Part shown: positions 47,583-61,268 of the stretch, piece by piece
Position numbering within the stretch: the first letter of the stretch is position 1
Layout of the letters: the number at the start of each line of letters is the position of its first letter
Assembly: GCF_009914755.1 (NCBI RefSeq)
Contig: NC_060925.1
Direction: 5' to 3' (one strand)
DNA length: 64,000 bases
Source of the DNA: the human T2T-CHM13v2.0 reference genome, Homo sapiens
The notes under the pieces: model-generated
Database searches by the model: none
The model's input: only the letters and a program-made list of their open reading frames with translations
Told to the model about the DNA's origin: nothing
Program-made: the position numbers and the translations under genes

Positions 47583-49914
47583 CAGCTTTCGGCCTGTTGC
47601 TGGGCTTTGGTGGAAACTAAACATTTGACTGGGTCATCAAGTCACCTGTGACCTGAACTGCCTATAATGAACTGGGTGCTTTCTGACCCATCTAGCCATA
47701 AAGTGGGTCATGCACAGCAGCATTCCTTCATCAAATGGAAGTGGTATATACATTATCAGGCTCAAGCAGGTCCTGAAGGCACAAGTAATTTACACGAGGA
47801 AGTGGCTCAAATGCCCACGGTCTCCACTTCTGCCACCTTGCCTTCTCTTCCCGAGCCCACACAGATGGCCTCATGGGGAGTTCCCTATTATCAGTTGACA
47901 GAGGAAGAGAAGACTAGGGCCTGGTTCACAGGTGGTTCTGCACAATATGCAGGCACCACCCGAAAGTGGACAGCTGTAGCACTACAGCCTCTTTCTAGGA
48001 CATCCCTGAAAGACAACAGTGAGGGGAAATCTTCCCAGTGGGTAGAACTTAGAGCAGTGCACCTGATTGTACGCTTTGCATGGAAGGAGAAATGACCAGA
48101 TGTGCAATTATATACTGATTCGTGGGCTGTAGCCAATGGTGAGGCTGGATGGTCAGGGTCTTGGAAGAAGCATGATTGGAAAATTGGTGACAAAGAAATT
48201 TGGGGAAGAGGTATGTGGATGAACCTCTCTGAGTGGCCAAAAACTGTGAAGATATTTGTACCCCATGTGAGTGCTCACCAATGGGTGACCCAGCAGAGGA
48301 GGATTTTAATAATCAAGTGGATAGCATGACCCATTCTGTGGACACACCTCAGCCTCTTTCCCCAGCCACTCCTGTCATCACCCAATGGGCCCATGAACAA
48401 AGTGACCATGCTAGCAGGAATGGAGGTTATGCATGGGCTCAGCAACATGGACTTCCACTCACCAAGGTTGGCCTGGCTATGGCCACTGCTGAGTGCCCAA
48501 TTTGCCAGCAGCAGGGATCAATACTGAGCCCTTGATATGGCACCATTCCTCGGGGTGATCAGCCAGCTACCTGGTGGCAGGTTGATTATATTGGACCTCT
48601 TCCATCATGGAAAGGGAAGAGGTTTGTCCTCACAGGAATAGACACTTACTCAGGATATGGGTTTGCCTAACCTGCACTCAATGCTTCTGCCAAGACTACC
48701 ATCCATGGACTCATGGAATGCCTATTCACTGTCATGGTATTCCACACAGCATTGCCTCTGACCAAGGCACTCACTTTACAGCTAAAGAAGTGTGGCAGTG
48801 GGCTCATGCTCATGGAGTTTACTGATCTTACCATGTTCTCCATCATCCTGAAGCAGCTGGATTAATAGAACGGCGGAATGGCCTTTTGAAGTCACAATTA
48901 AAATGCCAACTAGGTGACAATACTTTGCAGGGCTGGGGCAAAGTTCTCCAGAAGGCCATGTATGCTCTGAATCAGTGTCCAATATATGGCACTGTTTCTC
49001 CCGTAGCTAGGATTCACAGGTCCATGAATCAAGGGATGGAAGTGGAAGTGGGTTACCCCCAGTGATCCACTAGCAAAATGTTTGCTTTCTGTTCCTGGGA
49101 CATTACATTCTGCTGGCCTAGAGGTCTTAGTTTCAGAGGGAGGAACACTGCCGCCAGGAGGCACAAAAACAATTCCATTAACCTGGAAGTTAAGATTGCC
49201 ACCTGGACAATTTGGGCTCTTCCTGTCTTTAAGTCAACAGGCTAAGAAGGGAGTTACACTGTTGGCTGGGGTGATTGACCCAAACTATCAAGATGAAGTC
49301 AGTCTACTACTACATAACAGAGGTAAGGAAGAGTATGCATGGAATACAGGAGACCCATTATGGTGTCTCTTAGTATTACCATGCCCTGTGATTAAGGTCA
49401 ATGGGAAACTACAACAGTCCAATCCAGGAAAGACTACAAATGACCCAGACCTTTCAGGAATGAAGGTTTGGGTCTCTCCACCAGGAAAAAACCCATGACC
49501 TGCTGAGGTGTTTGCTGAAGGCAAAGGGAATACAGAATGGGTAATAGAAGAAGGTCATCAATACCAGCTATGGCCACGTAACCAGCTGCAGAAACAAGGA
49601 CTGTAGTTGTTATGAGTATTTCCTCCTTTTGTTAAAAACATGTTTGTGCATGCGTACACTTATATTAAGAAAATATCTTCATTTTATTTCCTTTTCCTTT
49701 ATCATGTGACATAAGATTTATTGACTTCACATCAGCATTTAAGTATTGTTAACTTTATGTAATAGCGTTTGGGTTGGGGATTGGTGCGCTTCTGGTTGTA
49801 CGAAGGAGAGTTGTGTTATGTTAGGCATAATTATGACCTGATTATTGTCTTTACTTGAAGATTATGTAAGATCTGAGGAGATGTGTATGAGTTCAAGTTG
49901 ACAAGGGGTGGACT
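47581..49914 (+). mobile_element. HERV-L internal region: pol connection/RNase H, integrase, dUTPase (disrupted) and polypurine tract
   Basis: ORFs give RAWFTGGSA, SSQWVELRAV, LYTDSWAVANG, HVSAHQ, WAHEQSDH...ECPICQQ, IASDQGTHF, LRLPPGQFG...AGVIDPNYQ; PPT acaaggggtggact. Confidence 0.95.
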
Positions 49915-50452
49915 TGTGATGATTAATACTGGGTGTCAAGTTGATTGGATTGAAGGATACAAAGTATTGATCCTGGGTATTTCTGTGAGGGTGTTGCCAA
50001 AGGAGATTAACGTTTGAGTCAGTGGACTGGGAAGGTCAGACCCACCCTCACTCTGGGTGGGCACAATCTAATCAGCTGCCAGCACGGCTAGAATATTAGC
50101 AGGCAAAAAAATGTAAAAAGAGAAACTGGCCTGACTTCCCAGCCTACATCTTTCTCCTGTGCTGGATGCTTCCTGCCCTCAAACATCGGACTCTAAGTTC
50201 TCCAGTTTTGGAATGTAGACTGGCTCTCCTTGCTCCTCATCCTGCAGATGGCCTATTATGGAACCTTGTGATCATGTGAGACAATACTTAATAAACTCCC
50301 ATATATATATATGTACATATATATAGTTATATATATACATATATAGTTAGTTATATATATATAGTTATATAGTTATATATATAGTTATATATACATATAG
50401 TTTTTTTATATATATATATATTTCTGTCCCTCTAGAGAACCTGACTAATACA
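49915..50452 (+). mobile_element. MLT2A (HERV-L) 3' LTR with internal (TA)n-rich tract at ~50301-50421
   Basis: tgtgatgattaatactgggtgtcaagttgattggattgaagg ... ttaataaactccc ... gagaacctgactaataca. Confidence 0.93.
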
Positions 50453-51566
50453 ACAACTGAGTATATTAAGGTGGGGAACAGGGTGGGAAGGGGGTAATTC
50501 TGGCTTGAAGTGGGAAATCAAGAACTCTCTTTCAACATGTTAGGTTGGAGATGTCTATTAACCATCCCAGGGAGGCTTCAACTAGGAAGTTAGGTATATA
50601 AGTCCAGAATTCAGTTATGACTAGAGTCAAAAATTCAATAGGTATCATGTGTTTAAAGTGATGAAACCTAGAAAGTTAATGCAGGTAGAGAATAGAAATC
50701 TTGGAAAGATGGACTAATCCCTAGGAAATTTTAATAATTTATTAGTGAAGATGTTATTCAACCCCAAATAATTAAACCTATCTTTTAGTGGGTCATTTTT
50801 TATGGCATAATAGAAATTTCAAAAGGTGTAAGACAAAGGCCTTGCCTTCAAAGAAGAGAGATTGGTGTATTTTTAAGAACACTGCCAATGAACACTAGAC
50901 CTAGCCTACCTCCTACTAGATGTGTGATCTTTAACAAATTACCCAATGGTTTTGGTTTCAACATTTTTATTGTATAAGTGACATACTAAGTACCTATATC
51001 ATAGCAATTTTAAGAGAAAATTAAATTAGATACCAAGTATATGATATTGTAGACATTCCAGCTTCTTTCTCTTCAAAGAATGTTTATTTGGGGGAACTGT
51101 TCCCCCACACATCTTCCATCTAGTCTAGATTGTAAGCTGCATGAGGGCAGAAAACACTTTTATCTTATATCTGTTATATAGAAAATAATGCCTAGCATTG
51201 TAGGTTCTCAACAATTATCTGTAGAATAAATCAAGTGGGAAACCAGTAGGTATATTTGGGTAGGATTTAGGTGCCTGGATACTTAGATGATTCAAAGTAA
51301 ATGCTGTCCCTTTACCTCACAGAGTTTACACACAACCCAGGCGTTTCAATACAATGATAGAAAGAAAAGACAACCATGATGGAAGACTTAATCCCCAATT
51401 AAAAACACAGAACTTATTTTCCATCATTATATTTGTGTATAATTTAAATATGCTGGGTTGCCTTTAGTTCATTTAAAGCAAAGCAATGCATCTAAATGAA
51501 ACAAATATCTTATTCAAGAAGTATTGTAGAAATTTATTGAAGTTTTCTTTAAAATTCAGTAGTTAT

Positions 51567-51858
51567 TCTTGCGATACAAACTATCGCAAGAGCAAAAAAC
51601 CAAACACCGCATATTCTCACTCATAGGTGGGAATTGAACAATGAGATCACATGGACACAGGAAGGGGAACATCACACTCTGGGGACTGTTGTGGGGTGGG
51701 GGGAGGGGGGAGGGATAACATCGGGAGATATACCTAATGCTAGATGACGAGTTAGTGGGTGCAATGCACCAGCATGGCACATGTATACATATGTAACTAA
51801 CCTGCACAATGTGCACATGTACCCTAAAACTTAAAGTATAATAAAAAAAAAGAAAAAA
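51567..51858 (+). mobile_element. Short (~290 bp) L1PA2-type 3' end with 5' fold-back
   Basis: 16-bp TSD AAAATTCAGTAGTTAT at 51551-51566 and 51859-51874; gatgacgagttagtggg, cacaatgtg, poly-A. Confidence 0.96.
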
Positions 51859-52419
51859 AAAATTCAGTAGTTATGTGTATACCGTCAACAACATGCAATG
51901 AAAGTTCTGAAAGATCTGCTTTACACATCAGTGGAGCCCAAGTCTCAGAGCCCAAGGCAGTGGCTCATCATTTACTCTCCTCCTTGCACTCTTCTCAAGC
52001 CTGAAGCTCTCCTCTCTGGAAAGATGACATCCTGGCATCTCCATATCTTTTGTTTGTTAAAATGCATATTGATATATTGATTTTGTTTCCCTCAGTTTCC
52101 TTGAGTGCCCTCCCCTCATATCACCACTTCCCCACTCCAACCCCATTCCTCATTATGACTGGGGCTTTCCTTCTTAGGAGTCGGAGTAGGAGAGGGCAGG
52201 GGGATTCCAGTGGCTTGGGATTTTTTTTTTAATATAGTTCTTATATGTTAAAAAATTGATTATAGCAAGAAACTCACACTTTAGGGTCTGAATGGAACCT
52301 AGGACAGGGTGATGATCTCTAAGGAGAATTTAGCAGGGCAGAGGGTGTAGGAATGGCCTTCTCTTGCTGACTAGCCTTCTCTCTCACTGTCTTCTCATGT
52401 TTGTCCTCATTTCCTCACC

Positions 52420-52820
52420 TGTATTCGTTTTCCAGAGCTGGTGTAACAAGATACCACAGATTGTGTGACTTCAACAACAAAAATGTATTTCCTCACAATT
52501 CTAGGGCGAGGTGTTTGAGATCAATATGTCACCAGGGTTGGTTTCTTCTGAGGCCTCCCTCCTAAGTTGCAAGGAGCTGTCTTCTCACTGTCCTCACATG
52601 GTCTCTTATCTGCACTAGCATCTTTGGTGTCTCTTTGTGTTCAAATTTTTCTTCCTATAAAGACACAAGTCAGATTGGATTAGGTCCCACCCATATGGCC
52701 TTATTTAACCTTAATTATGTCTTTTAAGACCCTGTCTCCAGAAACAATCACCCTCTGAAGTATTGTGGGTTAGGACTTCAACATATAAATTTGGGAAGGA
52801 GCACAATTAGGCTCAGAACA
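52420..52820 (-). mobile_element. MLT1B/C MaLR solo LTR
   Basis: tgtattcgttttcc...gtaacaagataccacaga...cagattggattagg...ttaggacttcaacatataaatttggg. Confidence 0.85.
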
Positions 52821-52954
52821 CCTATGTAGGAGACTTTTTCCACAACTGTCTCTCTTGCTTTTCCATCTTGGGACGATTTGAGAGGCCTCAAGAGCACCGT
52901 GAGTAAAGTGCAGAATTTGAACTAGTCAGTCCATAGTATGACTACCAATTGGGC

Positions 52955-54530
52955 ACTGTGGTGGAAAGAGCATGGCCTCTGCCCTAGACTGCTCTGGGAC
53001 TGACTCTCAACTGAGCTGCTTACTAGTTGAGTGAAGGACAAAATAGGCAAGTCACTTAATTTCTCTAATGGAAAATTTCCATATATTTAAGTTGAAGGCA
53101 TCTTCTTTCATAGACATGTTATGAGTATTAAATAAAATATTTTATATATAATAGACATAATAGATATATAATATCTATTATATCTAATATGTATATATAT
53201 ATGTGTATTACATTCCTGGAACCCAGTGGATATTAAATAAATGTTACTGTCTTGCCTTCCATTTCTTATTTTAAATGGCAGCCTCTTGTGAGAATAATAA
53301 GATAGTAATAAGTTCATAGGCTAGTATTGGAAATATTATTAGGTATATATAATTAGTGCTCAATAAATGGCAGCTTTTATCATTTTAAGTCTCTCTCTGC
53401 CAGTGGGACACATTTCCCAGAGTGTCCAAGCCAAAAGATTTTTTAAGGGAAGTTAGGCCTTTCTAGATACAAAGAGTATGAACAGGGCTGAGTATGGTAT
53501 TGAATAAACCAGCTTGTTGCAGTAAACAGCCAGTACATATTGATGCATTACTGAGATATTGTTAATCTGTTTAAATTCTAAAGCAGTTTAAAAATTTTTC
53601 ATAAATAGCCATAGTTGTTTTATGAGGTATGTTGGGCTTGTAAATTGCTATTTTATTGTTATTTTGAGGAAACAGAAGCACAAAATACAAAAATGTAAAG
53701 TCTTACGGCTTGATGGTACAGAGCTTATTGCCCTCTACTTTCTCTTTAGGACTCCTAAAGTAATAATATTGGTAACAATTACGACTGTAACAACAAAAAT
53801 AATCAGATTATGTAACTCTTTAGTAATAACAAAGTTTTCCCATCTATGAATTGATCTGATGGTCACAAAAAACCACTGAGGTTAATCCTGGCAGGGATTA
53901 TTAATTAAACTGAGCTTGCAGATGAGGAAAACCAAACTTAAAGAGTCTAAATGGCCTCTCCAAGGTGAGATAGTTAATACATGTGCATAGTTGTAGTCCA
54001 CTCTAAATAAGATTGTTGAATAAATACAGGAGTGGACAAGTCACATAAAACATAAGTCTTTACTCAGTTTTATTATTTCCCCTTATGCTACAGAAACTGC
54101 AACTTCCTGTGGAAACCACTGGAGAAGACAAACCATAGCTGACTATTGAGGCAGGGACCATTCTCCTTCAACTTCCAACTTCGCCTTCAATTATTTTAAC
54201 AAATCAATTTGTAGGTCAGCTTACCTTAGAAGCATCCTTAAGCATTTGACATATTTTTGTACCACCTATACTTGACAGCACATGTATATTTTATTTCACT
54301 TGAAATTAATAAAGCGTGGAAAAAAGCACACACTCTGATGTCATTTATTATTGGGAATAAAACTGGCTCTACCACTTATTAGCTCTTATTAGGCCTCAAG
54401 TTTCCCAACTGTAAAGTAAGAGAACAATAGTCTCTACCTTATTGGGCAACTGTGAGAGTTAAATGAGATCGTCCCCGTGGGAAACTTAGTAAATTCTTCT
54501 GAATAATGTGCACTATTAGTAGGAATTATG
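52955..54530. mobile_element. Three degenerate MIRs (~52955-53380 +, ~53780-53990 -, ~54310-54530 +) with an AT-rich tract
   Basis: ggcaagtcacttaatttctct; gcagatgaggaaaacc; ggcctcaagtttcccaactgtaaagt. Confidence 0.65.
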
Positions 54531-55279
54531 TAATTTTTAATATAAGCAAAAGGCAGAGAAGAAAACTGTGATAAATGCCCCTGTGGAAAGAGGCTTGGTA
54601 CATGCCAAGCCCTTCACAATGTGAATAATGATGATGATAGTGACAGTGGGGATTACTGTGGAGAGGATGATGAGGATGGAAATGATGATTTGTGCCTGTG
54701 ATAGGCATGGTCAGGGCTTTGAAAAAAGCCTTAACTATACTTCTTATCAACTGTAAGCTGTGGAATATATCCTTCTTATTTACAACAAATGAATGAATGA
54801 ATGGAGAAAAAAGAGCTTCTAACTCTCCTAGCACCTATTTCTGAAACAATTCTTTCTTACGCCTAGACATCAGGAATCTCTATTTCTTTCAAGAGACTGA
54901 AAAAATGTCTTCTGTTGAATTGGTAAAATCTCAAAACCAAGCAGCCAGGAATTTTTTTTTGAGAAGTTCCTAAGAAGAAAATAGGTCAGCATAATCTAAA
55001 GCAATATTTTCAAGCTGACAAATTGGTCTCTTTACATTCTTTGGCTGTACTTAATGTCAAATTTAAGAATAGTGTTCAAATGAAGGCGGTAACAATCAGC
55101 CCATGTCAACTTTGGGGCTTGGCTAGGTTCTGTGTCATATTTAAAGAGTGACATTGGCCCAGCAAGAAAACCTCAGACATTGATTGACCAGAATAGGAAA
55201 GGACTGGAAACCAGAATCCATAAAGAATGGTGAGAGAAATTGAAATGTTTCCCCTGTTAATAAAAGGGAGGGGTTAAAA

Positions 55280-55470
55280 AAAAGTAACTATCTCTTTTTA
55301 CATTTTTAGAAGAGTGTCACATGGAGGAAGAAGGAAACTGAATCTCTGTGTCTCCAGAAGGCAGTTCTAGGACCAGTGCATGGGAATTTCAGGGAACAGA
55401 TATGGGTTCATGTTAAGGAAAATCTTGCTAAGTGAGCTGCTCAATGCTGCTTTTAAAGGTAGGAAGAGGG
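55280..55470 (+). mobile_element. L3/CR1 LINE fragment
   Basis: tgtcacatggaggaagaagg...ctccagaaggcag...ctaggaccagtg...ttaaggaaaatctt. Confidence 0.6.
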
Positions 55471-56829
55471 CTATGTTTTATATTCAATATGCTCTTCATA
55501 TTTTTTTGCCTTTTCCAGCTGGTTTATCTAAACAGTTATAATTCATGTTATAATCAGAGAAGAAAACCAATACATGCTATAACATAAAGGAAGATAAAAC
55601 TAACATTTATTGAAGAGATATTATTTGCCCAGTGTTTGACATACATTACTGGATAAAACCAGTAATAAAGTTGGTTGGGGTATACACACGAAATTTTTTT
55701 TTTCTAACCGCTACCACCAGATATGTCATAGTAAGTCTTTTTATTATCATATTGTATTAACTTCTGAAGTGAGTGCTATGACTTTATAACTATTTTAAAT
55801 TATTAAAAATTCAGTCTGGTACAGAGTTAACCCCCAAACTGATTAGTCACCCTCTTCCTTCTCCCAGTTCAAATTTGACCCATGGCTCCAGGGAATTGCA
55901 GGTGTGTGTATGTGGGGTGTTGTCCTTCTTCCTCTCCTTCTTGTTCTACCTCCTCAGGCGGAAAGGCTTATGGGAAATGAGGAAAAACATTTACATTTAA
56001 CTGGGTCTGCAGTTGTATCTTCTCCTGGATGTTTCTACTCCTCCTCAGGCTAACACAAATTATTCTGTGTGGCAGGTTTCCACACAAAGGTGCTTTTGTA
56101 GGGGTCATGTATGAGTTCTTGCACAGTTTCATAATTGGAATATTCCATTCCTACTCAATTTTTCCCCCACAAAATATACATACAGCAATACCATAAGCAA
56201 TATGCTTCAGCCTCTTGCAGTCCTGGTCCCCATGCCTGTGTGGAGTTGTTCTCTTGGGTGACACTGGCAAGGTAATTCAACCCAAGTCACCTTTCCTGGG
56301 GGCTCTTTATTCACAGGAAACTAACTTATTCTTACCACATCAAGTGGTGGACATAAACCTGTTGGAAATTTCCACTTTTTACTCCACCTTCTCCTTATAA
56401 CTCTCTTTTATCTTGTTCAAAGAGACAGTGGGCAAATAAAGAATCTTCTGCATTAACAGTTGTCTCACTAGGGAATGAGATGCAAGTCTCTCCTTCTTGA
56501 AGGTGCTCCCATTCTTTAGCATTGATTCTCCTGGGGCCTCTCATTTCCTCTGGGATGAGGAGGAAAAATGAGCAGCCCTCCCCACACTAGGTCAACTCAT
56601 CATGACTCATCATATTTGCTTTTCCACTTTATCATTTTCCTTCTTATATTCTGGGGGTGTGGGTGGTGGTAGCTAGTTGACCATCAGTGGTAGTAGAATT
56701 GTTTGCCTACTTCTTCCTCAGCCTAAGAGACACTCGCTTGTGGGTAGCCCTTTGGTTTCTCTTGCTCTATAATGTTGGAAATGTAATGCATATTTACTTC
56801 TGTTTGATGGCCTACTCTCCAGTCTGCGG

Positions 56830-57275
56830 ACAACAAGAAAAATCCCATTTACTATCCATGGTACATACATGGTCCCATTTAATCCTCATGAAAAAATTAT
56901 GAAGAAATACTGTTACCATTTTATTGACAAGGATATTGAGACTACAAAGGGCTAAGAAAGTACCTAATGCCACTGACACTAAGGGAAAAAGCAAGAGGTG
57001 AACCCAGGCTTGGCTGACTTCAAAGGTTATTCTTTATTCATTATACCAGAAGTGGCCACCTATGTAGCAGAGTTTAAAAACATGACCTTGGCTAAAAGCC
57101 CAGTTTTTACCAGGGCAAGTCATCTTCTTAGAGACTTAGGTCTCTCTTCTTCAAAATGGGTGATCAGTATGGTATCTACCCTCAGAGGTCCTTGGGAGGA
57201 TTAAATATGATAATAAAACTCAAGTGCTTAGCTTGAAGCCTACACTTTATAAGTGCTCAATTAATGTTACTGATT
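56830..57275. mobile_element. Two MIRs in opposite orientation (~56830-57045 -, ~57060-57275 +)
   Basis: ccatttaatcctcatg...gtgaacccaggc; tcaaaatgggtgat...gaggattaaat...aagtgctcaattaatgtta. Confidence 0.75.
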
Positions 57276-59229
57276 GTGTCATGCAAAGGGGTCCTACATA
57301 CATACTCCCTTTGTATAAAACTAAAATAGGATTTATACAGAATAAAACTTACAAGTGGAAAGGAAGCACACACAGACCTTGGGTTCTTATTCCATAGAGA
57401 GTTGACTCAGGCAGACAGCTCTATTGGGGACACCACAAAACGTATTCCAATAGATAAGAACCCTGACCCCATAAAACTGTTTCTGTACAAAGAGAGTAGG
57501 AAGAGGGGTCCTCTCAATGACTTCCTGCTTATAAAGTGAGGACTCTCCAAGTTTAACCTCTGGTATCAGACTGTTTTGGTAGAGCTCAGGAATGTTGAGA
57601 TGGCTCTTGCAAAGCTAGAGAATAAGGAAATGAGCTTCTACAGCCATCTTAGATTTGTGTTTCCTTGGGGATTATTGCTATTGTTGCAGTTCTGTTTAAA
57701 ATAGTAGTGATCCATGTGGCAATGGCAATAACAATAAACACAAAGTATTATACTCAGAGCTACTCACAGATAATGAGCTCCCTGCCCCTGGAAAAGGTCC
57801 ATCTCAAGGCTAGATGGCCATCTTTCAGCCATCTGAGAAAGGATTCCAGCACTGGGTTAAAGGTTGAAGAGATGACCTGTAGGTTTCAATTCAAATTTGA
57901 ATTTCTCTCAGTCTATGAGTGACTTGAATTGGTTACATGGATCCAAGCCTTCCTTCTTGGCTTAAACTACTCTATGCTATTTCCATTTTGAACCAGCAAA
58001 GTACCCCTACCCACAAGAGTCTCTAGCCCACCTGCACCACTGAATGGTAATGTTGACAAAGAAGAAAACCCCAGCTCATTCTTTGAGCCAAACATACCAC
58101 ATTGGTTTTTCTCTTCCCCGAATATGCAGACCGTTTATTTAGAGAGCCCAATGACTTAGATCTGGTTATATATTATTCCTAGTGGATATGTTTGCTCACA
58201 TCCATGGGACTTCACTGTTGAAGAACTGTGAGATTATTGCCTACATTTTTCCAAATCATATTTAATATAGCTGCAAGCCAGGGTTTCGGTAGTGTGGCAT
58301 AATCTCATCAGAATGATCAATTCCTTCTGTTCCAGAACCAACGGGCATTCAACCTTGCCTTAGAGAAATGCTAGCTGGAAGCCTTTGGATTCTCATATCA
58401 CTATTTGTTACCAAAAAAAAGAAAAAATAAACACTGCTAGCCCAGACTCATACAGCCTTCATTTCCTTGGAAGTACAAAGACTTTTCAAGTTGGTTTAGC
58501 ATAAACTTCTGGATGAACCACTGCATCTGTGAAAGTTAATGTCCTGTACTTTAGCCCAGATGAATAAATCCATCTCCTTATTGGCACCATGAAGACTTTC
58601 CATTTTTTTGAACATTTAAAGTTCCTTTTTTATGTATTGGGAGAATTTTTCAGCCAAGACTGCCTGATTTTTGAAACAGAGTTTTTGGGTGTTCACAGTT
58701 AAATGGAAAAGACAAAAAGAAAAATTTAAAATAATCAAGAGAAACAACAAAAAAAAAAAGGAAAGAAAGAAAGAGAAAGCCAATCAACCACAATAAAGAA
58801 CATTTAAATTTATTTCTTTATGGACTAAATTTCCTCAAATATAGACAAAGCCAAGAAGTTGGAAGCTTGGTTTATTTTTTTCTTTTTAAAATATTACTTT
58901 CTTTCAATTTATTTTTATATTGGTAGATGATGTGAGACTCATTACATTTTATAGGCCTGAACAAAATCTTACAATTTCTTACTAATATTATGCAATGACA
59001 TAATGCCATTTGTAGAGGTGTCACATAAAGCAATTGACTTTTACTGGCTTCTTATGGCAGGGCTTGCCATTTTATATTCTGTTTTATGTAAGCGTTTTCC
59101 AAATTTATCGACCTCACAGGATTTCTCAAGTTGCTTAATTATGGTAGGAAGAAGATATCTCTGTGGTCTGACACAAGAGGCTATTAAAGTCTCCTTTAAA
59201 AAGGGAATCCGAGAAGTGGGGAGGTAAAT

Positions 59230-59450
59230 GTGGCTAACATTTAATGCATGCCTACTATGGGCTGGATGCTGGGAGGTAGGGATAAAAGTACCTGGCACTG
59301 CCCTGAAAATACCATGCAACATATATTTATTTTTCTAATTTCACAGATGAGCAAACTGAGTCTCAGTTGCTATGTCCAGCATCACAGTAGGTACTAAGTA
59401 AATGGAGGCACCAAGATATCCACTCAGGTTTGACTTCAAGTCCATGCTAT
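59230..59450 (-). mobile_element. MIR SINE
   Basis: tttcacagatgagcaaactgagtctcag. Confidence 0.65.
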
Positions 59451-59639
59451 AGAATCACAAAGGACAGCAATGCTCATATCATGATGGATCAGCCTCTCAG
59501 AGGAAAACTCTGAAAGCAGGTAAATTCTTTACCCAGTGGATGAAGGCTCAGGAGGACCTCCCCAGTGGATTAAGAAATGGAGTCTGTCTTTTTCTTTTTA
59601 CCTAGTGTTGCAGCCTTCACATCTGGATCAAGCACCATT

Positions 59640-59960
<321 letters not shown>

Positions 59961-60463
59961 TAAGAGAGAGAGGTGCACCAGGGATGCTGGTAGGAAAAGG
60001 AATTCAAGTCCTACTAATAATACAATATTAATGCTCTCACAGATCTAAGAGAGCTCCTAATCAACATTTTATTTTCATTTTGGGGGTATTTGAGGCCCTA
60101 AAAGGGAAAATGAAGAGCTATTTGAAGTCTTGGCCAATAACTTCAATGATCCATTCTCTTCAATCAGAACCAGTGCTTGGCCACTAGAGAAAAAGTACAT
60201 ACAGTTACAAATTGATGGTCAAGTTGCCAACTGCCATTTATTGGGAAGTATCAATATGGTACTTCTGTCTCTGAGCTCACCATACTGGCTACTGGCACCA
60301 TTGAGCTCATGAGTCAAGTTATGGTTCTACCTGACTAGTTATTTCACTGTTTTCTGAACATTTTCCTCATCCTTCGCTCTCTCACGGAATAATTTTCCTT
60401 GCTTCCAGTCTAAAATGAAGCAAAAATTAAGCCTCAAAGAAACTGTTTACCTCTGTGAGACAG

Positions 60464-61268
60464 TGTAGTGAATTCTTATAATTTTAAGTTGCCTCAGCAT
60501 CCATTTTGAATACAAGTTTAAGTTTCTCATACCAAGAGCAGCAATCAATTGCCCTTGACACAGTTTCAAGTTCCACATGACACACAAATGGCTCAAGCTA
60601 GTGGCCAGAGATAAAACTTAGAGGCATCCCTCCTTCCTAGCAGGCTAGACCCCTCGCTTTCTGCACCTCCTGTAAATAGACTTTTAGGCATTTGCCTGCA
60701 TACTTAAAGTGACCCACACCCTATTTCCTTATATATACTGCTAGTTGTCATGTGTTGTCTCTTTCTCTTCCTGAATTTTCATTTCTACCTCCCATGACCC
60801 ATGACCTGGGGCCAGAAGACTGCCCTGCGAACTCATTGAGCACTCCCTGCCCAGAATCTGTAAGTAAAAATCTTTGAGGTTGTTTCCTATTGGTGGTGGT
60901 GGTACATTGAATTTGTGTCTTCCACCTGAAGAACTAGGAATTGTCCTAGGCTAGATTTTCCCCAAGATATTGGGGAGAACACAAGATCAGGCCCCCAGCA
61001 CCACAGCGATGCTTAGGCAGGCATAAACTGGCCACAGGTCAGACAAGAGCACAAGGGCATCTGCCAACATAAACAAGTTTCCTGCATGAGAGACCCCTGG
61101 ATCACAGGTTGGACAACTAGGTATTAGGCCACCCACCAGGCAAAGGAAGTATCCTGTGAAAGGAATGCTGTGAATACCCATGTGCAGCCACCCTTTATTT
61201 CCCATTAAGGTAGGGTTGCTAGCCGCTCTGGTACTAAAACCTCAGTTTAGTTGGGGCCTCTCAAAACA
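60464..61268. mobile_element. ERV solo LTR, LTR47/MER72-like (family name uncertain)
   Basis: TG...CA termini (tgtagtgaattctt ... ctctcaaaaca), 5-bp TSD GACAG/GAGAG, TATA-like ttatatata near 60729. Confidence 0.7.

Larger units (their letters stand above)
46740..50740 (-). mobile_element. L2 LINE interrupted at 47343-50452 by the THE1/HERV-L insert
   Basis: gatgatgacaaggttttggcttga on the left continues as acaactgagtat...aagaactctctttcaacatgttaggttggagatgtcta on the right. Confidence 0.75.

Noticed and set aside
47667-49524. Functional or domesticated retroviral pol/dUTPase gene
   Set aside because: Split by stops and frameshifts; the first RNase H catalytic Asp reads Gly (FTGGS); RT and gag are absent.
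55740-56680. Possible ancient LTR-like element
   Set aside because: Texture is suggestive but I could not identify a family, termini or TSD.
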